A DNA stretch of 64,000 bases, from the NCBI GenBank assembly GCA_963555825.3, contig CAUVXB020000002.1, forward strand, positions 608,001-672,000, given 5' to 3'. The DNA is from Alphaproteobacteria bacterium. GTDB lineage: Bacteria > Pseudomonadota > Alphaproteobacteria > JAAXGF01. A program made the translations under genes and the position numbers. The notes below the pieces were generated by a model, which did no database searches, was not told where the DNA came from, and was given only the letters and a program-made list of their open reading frames with translations. This document shows positions 31,845 to 41,392 of this stretch, piece after piece; positions within the stretch are counted from its first letter, which is position 1; every line of letters starts with the position of its first letter.

Positions 31845-33344
31845 ATGTATCGGGTGGAGTTGTACGCACGGGTTCGGCGGGCGTGTCATGTCGAGGGGAT
31901 GAGCACCCGCGAGGCCTCGCGGGTGTTTGGTGTAGACCGCAAGACGGTCCGTAAGATGCTGTCGTTCTCGGTGCCGCCAGGGTATCGCCGAAGCGCGCCG
32001 CCGAGGCGGCCAAAGCTGGGTCCGTTCACGGGAATCATCGATCGGATCTTGGAAGACGATCGGACCAGCCACCGCAAGCAACGGCACACTGCGAAGCGCA
32101 TCTTCGACCGCCTCCGGGACGAGTACGGTTTCACGGGCGGCTACACCATCGTGAAGGACTACGTTCGTGAGCAGGGGCTTCGGTCGCGTGAGGTGTTCGT
32201 GCCACTCTCCCATTCCCCCGGTCACGCCCAGGCGGACTTCGGCGAAGCGATGGCGGTGATCGGCGGCGCGTTACGGAAGATCCACTTCCTTGCCTTCGAC
32301 CTTCCCCACAGTGATGGTTGCTTTGTTGCGGCCTATCCGGCGGAGACGACCGAAGCATTCTGCGATGGCCACAACGCGGCGTTTGCCTTCTTCGGCGGCG
32401 TCCCCCGATCCATCCTGTACGACAACACCAAGCTGGCGGTTGCCCGGATCCTGGGCGATGGGAAGCGGCAGCGAACGCGCGTCTTCACGGAGCTTCAGTC
32501 CCACTATCTGTTCGAGGACAGGTTCGGCCGGCCGGGCAAGGGCAACGACAAGGGCAAGGTCGAGGGACTGGTCGGCTTCATCCGGCGGAACTTCCTGGTC
32601 CCCGTCCCGCGTGCCGAGAGCTTCGCGGCCCTCAACGATGCTCTCGCCGAACAGTGCCGCCGGCGCCAGGCGGCGCGGCTGCGGGGCCACAAGGAGACCA
32701 TCGGCGAGCGTCTCGAGCGGGATCGTCAAGTTCTCTTGCCATTGCCGCCTGCTCCCTATGATGCCTGCGATAAGCGCCCTGGACGGGCGAGTTCGCTGTC
32801 GCTGGTGCGTTACCGCAGCAACGACTATTCCGTGCCCGTGGCCTACGGCCACCGTGAGGTGCTCATCCGGGGCTACGTCGATGAGGTGGTGATCAGCTGC
32901 GGGGCCGAGGTGATCGCCCGGCACCGCCGGTCCTACGACAGCGAGGACCTGATCTTCGACCCGCTGCATTACCTGCCCTTGATCGAGCAGAAGATCGGCG
33001 CCCTCGACCAGGCCGCGCCATTGGCGGGCTGGGACCTGCCCGAGGCCTTCATCACTCTGCGGCGGCTCCTCGAAGCTCGTATGGGCAAGGCAGGCAAGCG
33101 CGAGTACGTCCAGGTGCTCCGTCTACTGGAGACCTTCCGGCTCGAGGAGGTCGAGGGTGCGGTCGGCGACGCCCTGCGGCTCGGCGCAATCGGCTTTGAT
33201 GCGGTGAAGCACCTGGTACTGTGCCGCATCGAGCGGCGGCCGCCCAGGCTCAACCTCGACGTCTATCCGTATCTGCCGCGCGCCCGGGTCGCGATGACGT
33301 CCGCCAAGTCGTACATGAGCCTGCTGTCGGGGCTCGGCGCATGA
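31845..33344 (+). CDS. istA: IS21 transposase IstA
   Basis: AQADFG, ILYDN, KGKVE (DDE triad). Confidence 0.93.
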   Translation: MYRVELYARVRRACHVEGMSTREASRVFGVDRKTVRKMLSFSVPPGYRRSAPPRRPKLGPFTGIIDRILEDDRTSHRKQRHTAKRIFDRLRDEYGFTGGYTIVKDYVREQGLRSREVFVPLSHSPGHAQADFGEAMAVIGGALRKIHFLAFDLPHSDGCFVAAYPAETTEAFCDGHNAAFAFFGGVPRSILYDNTKLAVARILGDGKRQRTRVFTELQSHYLFEDRFGRPGKGNDKGKVEGLVGFIRRNFLVPVPRAESFAALNDALAEQCRRRQAARLRGHKETIGERLERDRQVLLPLPPAPYDACDKRPGRASSLSLVRYRSNDYSVPVAYGHREVLIRGYVDEVVISCGAEVIARHRRSYDSEDLIFDPLHYLPLIEQKIGALDQAAPLAGWDLPEAFITLRRLLEARMGKAGKREYVQVLRLLETFRLEEVEGAVGDALRLGAIGFDAVKHLVLCRIERRPPRLNLDVYPYLPRARVAMTSAKSYMSLLSGLGA

Positions 33345-34105
33345 CCGACACACCGCAAGTGCTGCTCGCCCACCACCTCAAGACGCTGAAGCTGCCGACC
33401 TTCCTGCGCGAGTACGACAAGATCGCCCGGCAGTGCGCCTCGGAAGGCGTCGATCACGTCCGCTACCTGTTGAGACTCGCCGAGCTCGAGCTGATCGACC
33501 GCGAGCGCCGCATGGTCGAGCGGCGCATCAAGGCGGCGCGCTTCCCCGTGGTCAAGAGCCTCGACAGCTTCGACTTCAAGGTCATCCCCTCGCTCAACAA
33601 GGCGCTGGTTCTGGAGCTGGCCCGCTGCGAGTACATCGAGCGCCGCGAGAACCTCATCGCGCTCGGCAACAGTGGGACCGGCAAGACCCACATCGCCCTC
33701 GGTCTCGGCCTGGCGGCCTGCCAGAAGGGCCTCTCGGTCGGCTTCATCACCGCCGCCGCGCTGGTCCACGAACTCATCGAGGCCCGCGATGACAAGCAGC
33801 TGCTGAGGTTCCAGAAGAAGCTCGCCACCTACAAGCTTCTGATCGTCGACGAACTCGGCTTCGTGCCGCTGTCGAAGACCGGCGCCGAGCTGTTGTTCGA
33901 GGTGTTCAGCCAACGCTACGAGCGGGGCTCGACCCTGGTCACCACCAATCTGCCCTTCGACGAATGGACCGAGGTGTTCGGCTCCGAGCGCCTCACCGGC
34001 GCGCTCCTCGATCGCCTCACCCACCACGTCAACATCCTCGAGATGAACGGTGACAGCTACAGGCTCAACCAGAGCCGCAGGCGTCAAACCCCGACTGCTA
34101 ACTGA
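33341..34105 (+). CDS. istB: IS21 helper ATPase IstB
   Basis: [25 protein letters not shown]; ATGA overlap with istA. Confidence 0.93.
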   Translation: MTDTPQVLLAHHLKTLKLPTFLREYDKIARQCASEGVDHVRYLLRLAELELIDRERRMVERRIKAARFPVVKSLDSFDFKVIPSLNKALVLELARCEYIERRENLIALGNSGTGKTHIALGLGLAACQKGLSVGFITAAALVHELIEARDDKQLLRFQKKLATYKLLIVDELGFVPLSKTGAELLFEVFSQRYERGSTLVTTNLPFDEWTEVFGSERLTGALLDRLTHHVNILEMNGDSYRLNQSRRRQTPTAN

Positions 34106-34295
34106 ACCGACCACCCAGCCCACGCTTGACCCCGTGGGCCCACAGGTCCCTCCCGCGCGCGCCGCCGCGTCAGCCTGTTGAGGGCACGCCGCGTCGCGCG
34201 CGGGGCCCTCCCGTGGACTACGGGGACAAGCCCGCAGCCGCCAGCGGTCCCTTCTTACACCGCCGAGGTGGTCCCTTTTTGCTCCGCCATTGACA

Positions 34296-34630
34296 GGAAT
34301 CGTCTGGCCGGCCGAGTCCTTGGGAAAATCATGCACCAGTGATTGCTCGGGACTCCCCTTCGGTAGCCATTCAAGGCCACCGTTCTTGAATTCACCCACC
34401 AGTTCCTTCTTCTTGGTGTCGGCCGGGACTATTGGTTGCCGGCGTTGCAGAAAGTCATCCGCCTTCGTACTGATGTGCGCGAATTGCGCGTTCCGATCGG
34501 CGTGCGATGTCGCTTCTCGACTCTTGCGCACCGATTGCAGCCGATAGCCAAGCTCATGCAGCAAACGGCTCACCGTCGTCGAACTCACCTTCCAACCCGC
34601 CTTAGACAATGCCGCGGTGAGCTTCACCGG
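34296..34630 (-). pseudogene. ISAzo13-family transposase internal fragment
   Basis: LGYRLQ..RK..E...H.DRNAQF.HI, DTKKKELVG.FKN.G, VHDF. Confidence 0.8.
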
Positions 34631-34631
34631 A

Positions 34632-35108
34632 CTGGGCGCTGGGCCGACATTCGGCCATCACCATTGCGGAAGCCGCCCGAAAGGTCACTTGCACGCGCCG
34701 GGGTTCGCGGGAAGCGATGGTTGTGCGGTGGTCGTGAACGACGACAAATATGGACCAGCGTGCGCGGGAGTTGGATTGAATCCGCTTGCTGTTTGCTTAT
34801 GGAAAAAATCGAACCGGAACAGGGGCAACCCATGCACGTTCGCACGCCTTCTGTTGGGACCCTGGGAGGTCTTCAAACTGCCCCGGTTGTCGTAAAGGGG
34901 CCGCGTAGGGAATGGAGAAAACCGAAGCCTATGATGAACGGTTTGAAGAAGTCGGATGAGGCCGTACGACCTGTGAGGGCGGCGAACAAGGGAGCGCGAG
35001 CTTCTGCGGAGTCACCGGAGGAAAGGGCCTCAACCAAGGGGAATCCGGATTGCCAAAGCACGCGCCGAACCCAGTGTCGGGTAAGCGTGCCACAGGCGGC
35101 GGCCCGGA
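34632..35108 (+). ncRNA. 5' part of a group II intron (part of domain I through the start of domain IV); RT ORF and domains V-VI lost
   Basis: GAAGTCGGATGAGGCCGTACGACC..GGCGAACAAG..GCGGAGTC..GGAGGAAAGGGCCTCAACCAAGGGGAAT pattern typical of domains II-III, followed by an STRRTQ.R.SV.QA..R RT-leader peptide. Confidence 0.65.
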
Positions 35109-35746
35109 TGTGGCAGACCGACTTCACCTATCTCAAGGTCATCGGCTGGGGCTGGTTTTACCTGTCGACCATCCTGGACGACTATTCCCGCTACATAATT
35201 GCTTGGAAGCTCTGCACCAACATGACGGCGGACGATGTGACGGCAACACTGAAGTTGGCGCTAGAAGCCTCAGGCTGCAATCGCGCCAATGTCGTCCACA
35301 AGCCGAGGCTGCTCAGCGACAACGGCTCGTCCTATATCTCCGGCGATCTGGCTGAATGGCTCGAGGACCACGGTATGGATCACGTTCGGGGCGCACCGTA
35401 TCACCCGCAAACCCAGGGCAAGATCGAGCGCTGGCATCAAACGCTGAAGAACCGGATCCTGCTTGAAAATTATTATCTGCCCGGCGATCTCGAAAACCAG
35501 ATCAGCGCCTTCGTCGATCACTACAACAACCAACGCTACCACGAGAGCATAGGCAACGTAACTCCAGCCGACGCCTACTTTGGACGCCACACCGCCATCA
35601 TCGAAAAGAGAAAAAAGATCAAAAACTGACCACCCAAAACCGCCGCTTGAACCATCAACGCCAAGCGGCTTAACATCAAACAAAGATGAGCCAGATCCTC
35701 CCTTATGAAACACGCTCAACAGTCCCATTTGTTTTGATGACGGACA
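35109..35746 (+). mobile_element. 3' partial copy of the IS3/IS481-type element at 14668
   Basis: Near-identical to 15541-16175, including the right IR. Confidence 0.9.
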
Positions 35747-36011
35747 CCCCTTGCGAAACTGTTGGCGCGCGGTCTGCGCGGACGCGAAGCTCGGCAGCCT
35801 GCGCCTGCATGACCTTCGCCATACCGCAGCTAGCCAAGCCGTCATGTCCGGCGAAAATCTTCCGCTCGTCGGCAAGTTGCTCGGACACCGACGCCACCGC
35901 ACCACTGCGGGCTATGCGCATCTTGCCGACGCACATCTCGTCGAGGCGGCGGAAACGGTTGGGAGCGCCATTGCCGCGCAGATGACCTCTGACATATTTC
36001 GGCCCCCGTAG
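35747..36011 (+). pseudogene. C-terminal fragment of a tyrosine integrase, truncated by an IS
   Basis: LRLHDLRHTAAS...VGKLLGHRRHRTTAGYAHL. Confidence 0.82.
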
Positions 36012-36109
36012 TTGGTCGGAGAAACGGAGGACGGCTCAACACACAACATTTCCTACAGTATCGTCACATACGAAACTCTGTGCAGGACCCACTCCGTACC
36101 TTGCCCGCT

Positions 36110-38038
36110 CTATTCTTCTGACGTACCAAGGTACTCGTCCTCGAATCCCCGACGTGCCTCCCGGATGGCTGCGACAATCTTGCGTCTGAATTCATCCCGG
36201 GCCAATGCTTCCTCAAACTTCAGCAACGTACCGTCGATCGCTATGCCACCACCGATACCGAAAAGGATTCCGACGACTGCCCCCACGGCGTTTCCCGCAA
36301 TGGGCACGACAGTTCCAGCAACACCGCCAGCCAGCGCACCAGCTCCAACCTTGCTGGCCAGCGCTTTTATCGGGGCCTTGGCTGCCACTTTGATGAGAGA
36401 TTTTCCGAGCACCTTCGCCGTTACTTTGTGAGCAACGATTCGCGCGACGCCAGCCCCAGCCGCTGAACCGCCTACGCCGGCTATCCCGAATCTGTGCACT
36501 GCGGGCACGAAGTCCTTGTAAGAGAATGGCTGGATTACATCCTCAAGCGAATCGGTCAATACGACTTCGACCTCGGCCTGTTGAGCATCTACCCGATTCC
36601 TTTCGAGTATGTCGCGCTCCGCACGCTCGTACGCCATTCTTGCTTGCTCGTCAGCGGGTAACAAGCGTTCCATGGCTGCGTTAACACCTATGAACCACTG
36701 TTCGTGCCCGAATATTTCGTTGGCCTTTTCGGTTAGACGCTCTTCCAGGCGCGCTGTTCCTCCCGTCAATAGCATCCAAAGTCGGCCATACTCGCCAGCC
36801 AAGCTGTAGTACCAGTCGAGGTATTCGCCGACTGCATCATTCTCGAGTCGAGCAAATGCCACATCAACTTCGCGGCGAAGTTGATCGGCGGCCGCGCCTA
36901 CCAACGAGGCGGCTTCCGTACGCGCTATCCTTATTTCTTCGACGGTCCCCTGCCTGTAGAAGCAACCAGGCCCAGCCTCATTGCTAATGTCGTCGGTTAC
37001 GCAATTCACATCTCCCCTGATCTTCTCAACCGGCAAGAGCGGTTCAACAAATGGCTTAATCCTTTCTTCCACCCTCTGGCGCTGGTCCGCAACCTCCGAC
37101 GCCCACGGCTCCAATCGCGCGAGCAACGGGAGGAAAATGAAGATTGGGAGGAATGTCGCAACCACCGCGACCGTGAACGCGCTCCCCGCCGATCGCGGAA
37201 GCAAGTTGGCCTGCATGAATCCGGCTCGTGGAATACGGAAGCAGGACAACGCGAGACAGGCGTTATAGAGGAGCGCGAAGTTGCCGATACCCATCGCCAA
37301 CAACGCGAGCAACCACCACCCCGACGCTACGTCCATCGCACGAAGATGACCAAGGACGTAGGCCTCAATACCGTGGAAGTACGCAAACCCGCGCAGCGCC
37401 TCACCAATCAAGGCGTTGCCGGCCCAATCATTGGTCGTCTCGGTTCTTGCGTCAATGGCAGCGTTGATCGTCGCATGCTTCGGTGGGTCTCCCAACCACG
37501 TCATTGCGACCACGTAGAGCAGCACAATCAGCGCCGGACACAACCAGCGCGACCATGTCAATGCTTGGGTGACCGCCACGTCCTCGTGCATCCCCGCACT
37601 TGACAGCCTGCGGTGGATGGTGGTGAAGACGATTGAAAAAAGTGGAACGATCAAGACCAGCGCCGCCCATCCCACGTGATCGTAGAGATGCAATTGCAGC
37701 AGCAATACGGCCGACATCCCCAGTCCCCAAATCGTCCACATCAGGATTCTCAGCCATCGCCCAAGCCATAGCCTATAAAGCCATCCCTGCCGCTGGAACA
37801 TTGCAGATACCTTGCGCTGCTGACGTAAAGTGCCCGAACAGATGCCGGCGAGACACATGGGAACGCCCAGCAGCAGCATGCCGACCCCCACGAACACCAG
37901 TTGTTCCACGGCCCAAACGCGTGAAACGGCGTAAATCGCCGCAACCCATAGAGCAGCCATGGCAAGGAAGGGAAGTTGACGGCAGGACCAGTCCCCAGGA
38001 CTCGCATCTGTGACGTTGGATTCAGGGCCCTTCAACAT
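36110..38038 (-). CDS. Hypothetical multi-pass membrane protein with a C-terminal glycine-zipper-like region
   Basis: 642-aa ORF; about 7 N-terminal TM segments, a helical middle, GAGALAGGVAG..GAVVG..GIGGG near the end. Confidence 0.75.
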   Translation of the reverse strand: MLKGPESNVTDASPGDWSCRQLPFLAMAALWVAAIYAVSRVWAVEQLVFVGVGMLLLGVPMCLAGICSGTLRQQRKVSAMFQRQGWLYRLWLGRWLRILMWTIWGLGMSAVLLLQLHLYDHVGWAALVLIVPLFSIVFTTIHRRLSSAGMHEDVAVTQALTWSRWLCPALIVLLYVVAMTWLGDPPKHATINAAIDARTETTNDWAGNALIGEALRGFAYFHGIEAYVLGHLRAMDVASGWWLLALLAMGIGNFALLYNACLALSCFRIPRAGFMQANLLPRSAGSAFTVAVVATFLPIFIFLPLLARLEPWASEVADQRQRVEERIKPFVEPLLPVEKIRGDVNCVTDDISNEAGPGCFYRQGTVEEIRIARTEAASLVGAAADQLRREVDVAFARLENDAVGEYLDWYYSLAGEYGRLWMLLTGGTARLEERLTEKANEIFGHEQWFIGVNAAMERLLPADEQARMAYERAERDILERNRVDAQQAEVEVVLTDSLEDVIQPFSYKDFVPAVHRFGIAGVGGSAAGAGVARIVAHKVTAKVLGKSLIKVAAKAPIKALASKVGAGALAGGVAGTVVPIAGNAVGAVVGILFGIGGGIAIDGTLLKFEEALARDEFRRKIVAAIREARRGFEDEYLGTSEE

Positions 38039-38084
38039 TGGAGCCTAGCGTTCCCGTTCCCCACCGCACGAACCCGAGACCGGA

Positions 38085-38399
38085 TCATGCGTGCAACGCG
38101 CCCGCGCGCCGTTGAGCGCTGGCCCGGTCCCGTCGCGCCTGTGCAAGCTCGTAGCTCGCTTGCATCCGCATCCAGTGCTCAGCGGTGCCCCAGCCGATAT
38201 CCTCCAGCGCCAGCGCCATGTTCGCCGACACCCCCGCCTTGCCGTTCAGCAGACGCGACAGCGTTCCCCGCTCGCAGCCGAGACGCGCCGCCGTCTCCGT
38301 CACGTTCCAGCCCACATCGTCCATGCTCTCGCGGATGAGTTCGCCCAGGTGCGGCGGGGACTGCATCGGGCCAACGCGATCGTTCTCAATGTCGTTCAT
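38085..38399 (-). CDS. higA: HigA-family antitoxin (HTH-XRE)
   Basis: PPHLGELIRE, TEAA..LG..R.TLSRLLNGKAGVS..MA..L, W.RMQ..YEL. Confidence 0.9.
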   Translation of the reverse strand: MNDIENDRVGPMQSPPHLGELIRESMDDVGWNVTETAARLGCERGTLSRLLNGKAGVSANMALALEDIGWGTAEHWMRMQASYELAQARRDRASAQRRAGALHA

Positions 38400-38418
38400 G
38401 GTGAGCGCTCCCCTGCGG

Positions 38419-38691
38419 TCAGTGATAGTCGATCAGGTCCACCTCCACGGCCTCGCCGTCCTCGAAGCGGAACACCACGCGCCAGTTGCCGGAGACGCGA
38501 ACGCTCCACTGGCCCGCGCGGTCGCCCTTGAGGGGATCTAGCCGAAAGCCCGGCGCGTCGGCGCTGCCCGGATGCGCCGCCTCTTGCAGGCGGAACAGGA
38601 TGCGCCGAAGCCGTGGCACGAGACCGGCAGGCAGCCGCGCGGCATCGTCGCGCTCGTGCAGTGCCCGCAATCCCTTGTGCCTGATCCTCAT
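38419..38691 (-). CDS. higB: HigB-family toxin (RelE superfamily)
   Basis: RHKGL, PGFRL.PLKGDR.G.WSVRVSGNWRVVFRF, VDLIDYH; toxin gene upstream of antitoxin. Confidence 0.92.
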   Translation of the reverse strand: MRIRHKGLRALHERDDAARLPAGLVPRLRRILFRLQEAAHPGSADAPGFRLDPLKGDRAGQWSVRVSGNWRVVFRFEDGEAVEVDLIDYH

Positions 38692-38699
38692 GATTCACT

Positions 38700-38716
38700 G
38701 TAGCGCGCCACGCTAC
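38700..38716. promoter_or_regulatory. Candidate HigA operator palindrome
   Basis: GTAGCG-CGCCA-CGCTAC, 8 bp upstream of the higB start. Confidence 0.55.
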
Positions 38717-39221
38717 GCGCCGCAAGCGTCCGCCGTGCCAGACACGCCACGTGCCCTGCCGTCATGACCGCCGACCCCGCTGCGGAACGCTAACATGTGT
38801 ACGCCCCAGTGCTGCGGCGCGGGACCACGTGCGGCGGTCCCGTCTGCGTTACGGTAACGGGTGAAGCGGCACTGCCACCGACGGTGCGGGCCGAGTGAAT
38901 GACGCTGCCGGTGCGCGCGCCTTCCTGCATTGATCTGTTACCTCGTGCTTCCTATAGTGCCGCCCGGAAGCCGCGCGGCGGTTCGGGGACTGTCTCCGCA
39001 AGTGCGCGGCGGGCGCTGCCGCTCAAGCGCCGCTCGGGCTAAATGCTGATTGCACAACGGCTTTCGTCGCCCGACAGCTTGAGCGGTCAGGAAGCGCGAC
39101 TGGGACGCCATGCGGCGCGGTTTCATCACACCTGACGCACCTTGGTCTTGTCGTGTCGGGGACTCCCTTCGTCCGATGGACGACGCTATCGCGATCTCGT
39201 CGCCAGCGCGACCAGGCCGGA

Positions 39222-39362
39222 CTAGATTCGCATCCAATACCGGCCCTTGCTCTGCTGCTGCCTTTCGGCCTTGCGCTCGGCGCGCTGTTGCCGCAACTCC
39301 TGGAGCTTCTCCGGATCGTCGAGGAGGCGGGCGACGCGCTCGTCGCGCATCTGGAGGCTCTC
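39222..39362 (-). pseudogene. C-terminal tail of a relaxase-like protein
   Basis: LQELRQQRAERKAERQQQSKGRYWMRI-stop resembles the SKGLRMRLQ tail at 1700. Confidence 0.35.
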
Positions 39363-39465
39363 ACCGGAGCGGGTCTTCGTCGTAGATCATCAATCAGGCT
39401 CAAGATTTTCTGGAACAAGCTTCTTGTGACTGCAACCTCGGCCAATTGAAATGTGACGTACCGGC
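39363..39465 (-). pseudogene. IS1380-family transposase C-terminal fragment
   Basis: GRYVTFQLAEVAVTRSLFQKILSLIDDLRRRPAP. Confidence 0.65.
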
Positions 39466-39598
39466 CAATCGGGTACGTTCGAGCCGCCGGCTGGAGGCTG
39501 AGAGCAAGCGTAATCTCGAAGTGATCTGGCTGTTGCGGCGTTTGTCGCCAGACTTCAAGACGATCGCCGATTTCCGGCGGATCAATCGGGCGGCCATC
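39466..39598 (+). pseudogene. IS1182-family transposase N-terminal fragment
   Basis: NRVRSSRRLEAE..RNLEVIWLL..LSPDFKTIADFRR.NR.AI. Confidence 0.75.
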
Positions 39599-39727
39599 CT
39601 GGTCACCCATCAGGTGAACATCACGGCGCTCACGGGCCGGATCCCCGCCTCGGGCGAGGTCTTCTTGCTTGAGATCGGGCGCGACGGCACAATCTCTGTG
39701 GTCGACGAGATCCTGATCGACCCCTAG
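39596..39727 (+). pseudogene. Histidine phosphatase-family C-terminal fragment
   Basis: ILVTHQVNITALTG..PASGE motif. Confidence 0.55.
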
Positions 39728-39829
39728 CGCTGAGATCGATCCGGCCCGAATCGCGTTCATGCTTGCTTCCCCGAATGGCCGCGGCCAACGAAACGAAGCC
39801 TGCCCCGAACCCGGACCGCCGAAATACAC

Positions 39830-39901
39830 GACTCACGATCTACGGCACTCCTTCGCGTCCCGCGCCCTGGCGCTCGGGGAGACCCTGCCGGTGATTGGCA
39901 A
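39830..39901 (+). pseudogene. Internal fragment of a tyrosine integrase
   Basis: THDLRHSFASRALALGETLPVIG. Confidence 0.75.
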
Positions 39902-40073
39902 TCTGGGCTTTGCGGAACATCGGGTTTTGGTGGAGTGCGTCGGTCTGAGACCGTAGCACTGCCGCCCTGATCTGGAGTTTCTGTCCGGTCTGGATGCAAG
40001 TCTCTATCACTGCTTCGCGGACTGCGGCCCCAAGCGCATGTATCGCACCCGGTTCCTTGGACACAAGTTTGTC

Positions 40074-40985
40074 TCATGCGGCGGGCCTGAGTGACATCGC
40101 GGTGTGCCACGCCTGACGAGCTTGAGCGGGGCTCAGGTAGCCGTTCTTCTCCACGATCCACTGGGCATTGTACTGTTCGACGAACCCGCGGACGGCGTTC
40201 CGCAGCTCCGCGATGTTGCGGTAGATGCGGCCATGGATGATCTGTTCCTTGAGCGTGCGATTGAACCTCTCGGCGACGCCGTTGGTCTGGGGCTGTTCGA
40301 CGAAGGCGTAGGACGGCTGGATGCCCCAGAACTTGATCTGGTTGGTGAAGTGGTCCGACAGATACTGGGAGCCGTGATCCATCCGCAAGGCCAGCCCCCG
40401 CGCCGCACCGGCGGAGGTCGAGGCATACAGCCTCGCAAGCCCCATGGAGATCGGCTGAAGGGCGGCGAAGCGGTCGCCTCGCTTGCACACATGCCAGCCG
40501 ACGCACTCGGCGTTCCAATGCTCGATGGCGGTGAATATCCAGCCCCAGCCGTCGTCCACCGTGAACACCCGAACGCCGTCCGTGCCCCACATGAGGTTGG
40601 GGGCATGGGTGATGATCTCACCGACATGGGGATTTCCGCCACGGCGGCGGCAGCGATGGGGCGAGAGCAGGTTGTTCTCGCGCATCACCCGGAGCCCCCG
40701 CTTGCGGGAAACACGGATGCCACGACAGACCCGAAGCCGAGCCCAGACCTTGCGGTGTCCCTCGCCCTCCCAGGGGGATGCCTCCAGGTCGGCCTCGATG
40801 GCCACCAGCAGAGCCTCGTCCGAGATCGAGGGCTTCGGTCCCCGGCGCTTTGCTGGTGGGCGCTCAGCGGTGGCCTGCTGCCGGGATTTCATGGCGTAGA
40901 ACGAGGAACGGGCAAAACCCCAGGCCGCACAGACCCGCTGGAGGCCGTAGGCCAAACCCGTGCCGGGAGAGGTGGCGGCACTCAT
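40074..40985 (-). CDS. Transposase OrfB (HTH_21 plus rve)
   Basis: GEGHRKVWARL, WGTDG, RMDHGSQY, PQTNGVAERFNRTLKE. Confidence 0.88.
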   Translation of the reverse strand: MSAATSPGTGLAYGLQRVCAAWGFARSSFYAMKSRQQATAERPPAKRRGPKPSISDEALLVAIEADLEASPWEGEGHRKVWARLRVCRGIRVSRKRGLRVMRENNLLSPHRCRRRGGNPHVGEIITHAPNLMWGTDGVRVFTVDDGWGWIFTAIEHWNAECVGWHVCKRGDRFAALQPISMGLARLYASTSAGAARGLALRMDHGSQYLSDHFTNQIKFWGIQPSYAFVEQPQTNGVAERFNRTLKEQIIHGRIYRNIAELRNAVRGFVEQYNAQWIVEKNGYLSPAQARQAWHTAMSLRPAA

Positions 40986-41392
40986 CGCCGCGACCTCCGC
41001 CGCCCCAAAGGGCCGGACGTCTCCGTCTTGGCCTCCAGCAGTTCCACCTGCATGATCAACTCCCCGATCCGCTTCATGGCGATGTCCAGTTCCGCCTTCA
41101 CCGGATCGCCCTTGCGTTCCTTGAGCGAGGCATCGATCCCGGCGATCGCCTTCTCACGCCACTGCTCGAGCCGGAAAATCTCCACGCCCAACTGCCGCGA
41201 CAAAAGTTCCACCGGCTCGCCACGCAAAAGCCGCAGGGCAACCTCACGCTTGCGCGTCACCGTCCACCGCTGGCCAAGTCCCAGCGGGCCTGCCGGCGAA
41301 ACCTGGCCCGGGGAAAACGTGGACGAGCCAAGCTCGCCCTCGTTTACCACAGGCCCATCAACAGCAACTTTGTTCTCAAAATTGTCGGTCAT
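40982..41392 (-). CDS. Transposase OrfA
   Basis: RWTVTRKREVALRLLRGE....LSR.LGV....LEQWRE; RBS GGAGGA; ATGA overlap with orfB. Confidence 0.82.
   Translation of the reverse strand: MTDNFENKVAVDGPVVNEGELGSSTFSPGQVSPAGPLGLGQRWTVTRKREVALRLLRGEPVELLSRQLGVEIFRLEQWREKAIAGIDASLKERKGDPVKAELDIAMKRIGELIMQVELLEAKTETSGPLGRRRSRR

Larger units (their letters stand above)
31727..34295 (+). mobile_element. IS21-family element, copy 1
   Basis: IRs TGAGAACGGCAGAGCAATAAT / TGTCAATGGCGGAGCAAAAAG; istA-istB; no target duplication. Confidence 0.92.

Noticed and set aside
33263-34627. 454-aa ORF as a real gene
   Set aside because: Chimera of an ISAzo13 fragment reading into the antisense strand of IS21.
34436-35629. 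397-aa ORF as a novel transposase, or a retron/DGR locus
   Set aside because: It spans ISAzo13 antisense, intron RNA and an IS fragment; no reverse transcriptase motifs were seen in the window.
38995-39012. MOBQ-like oriT nic site (AAGTGCGC)
   Set aside because: Only an 8-nt match to TAAGTGCGCCCT, far from the relaxase; compatible with chance in GC-rich DNA.
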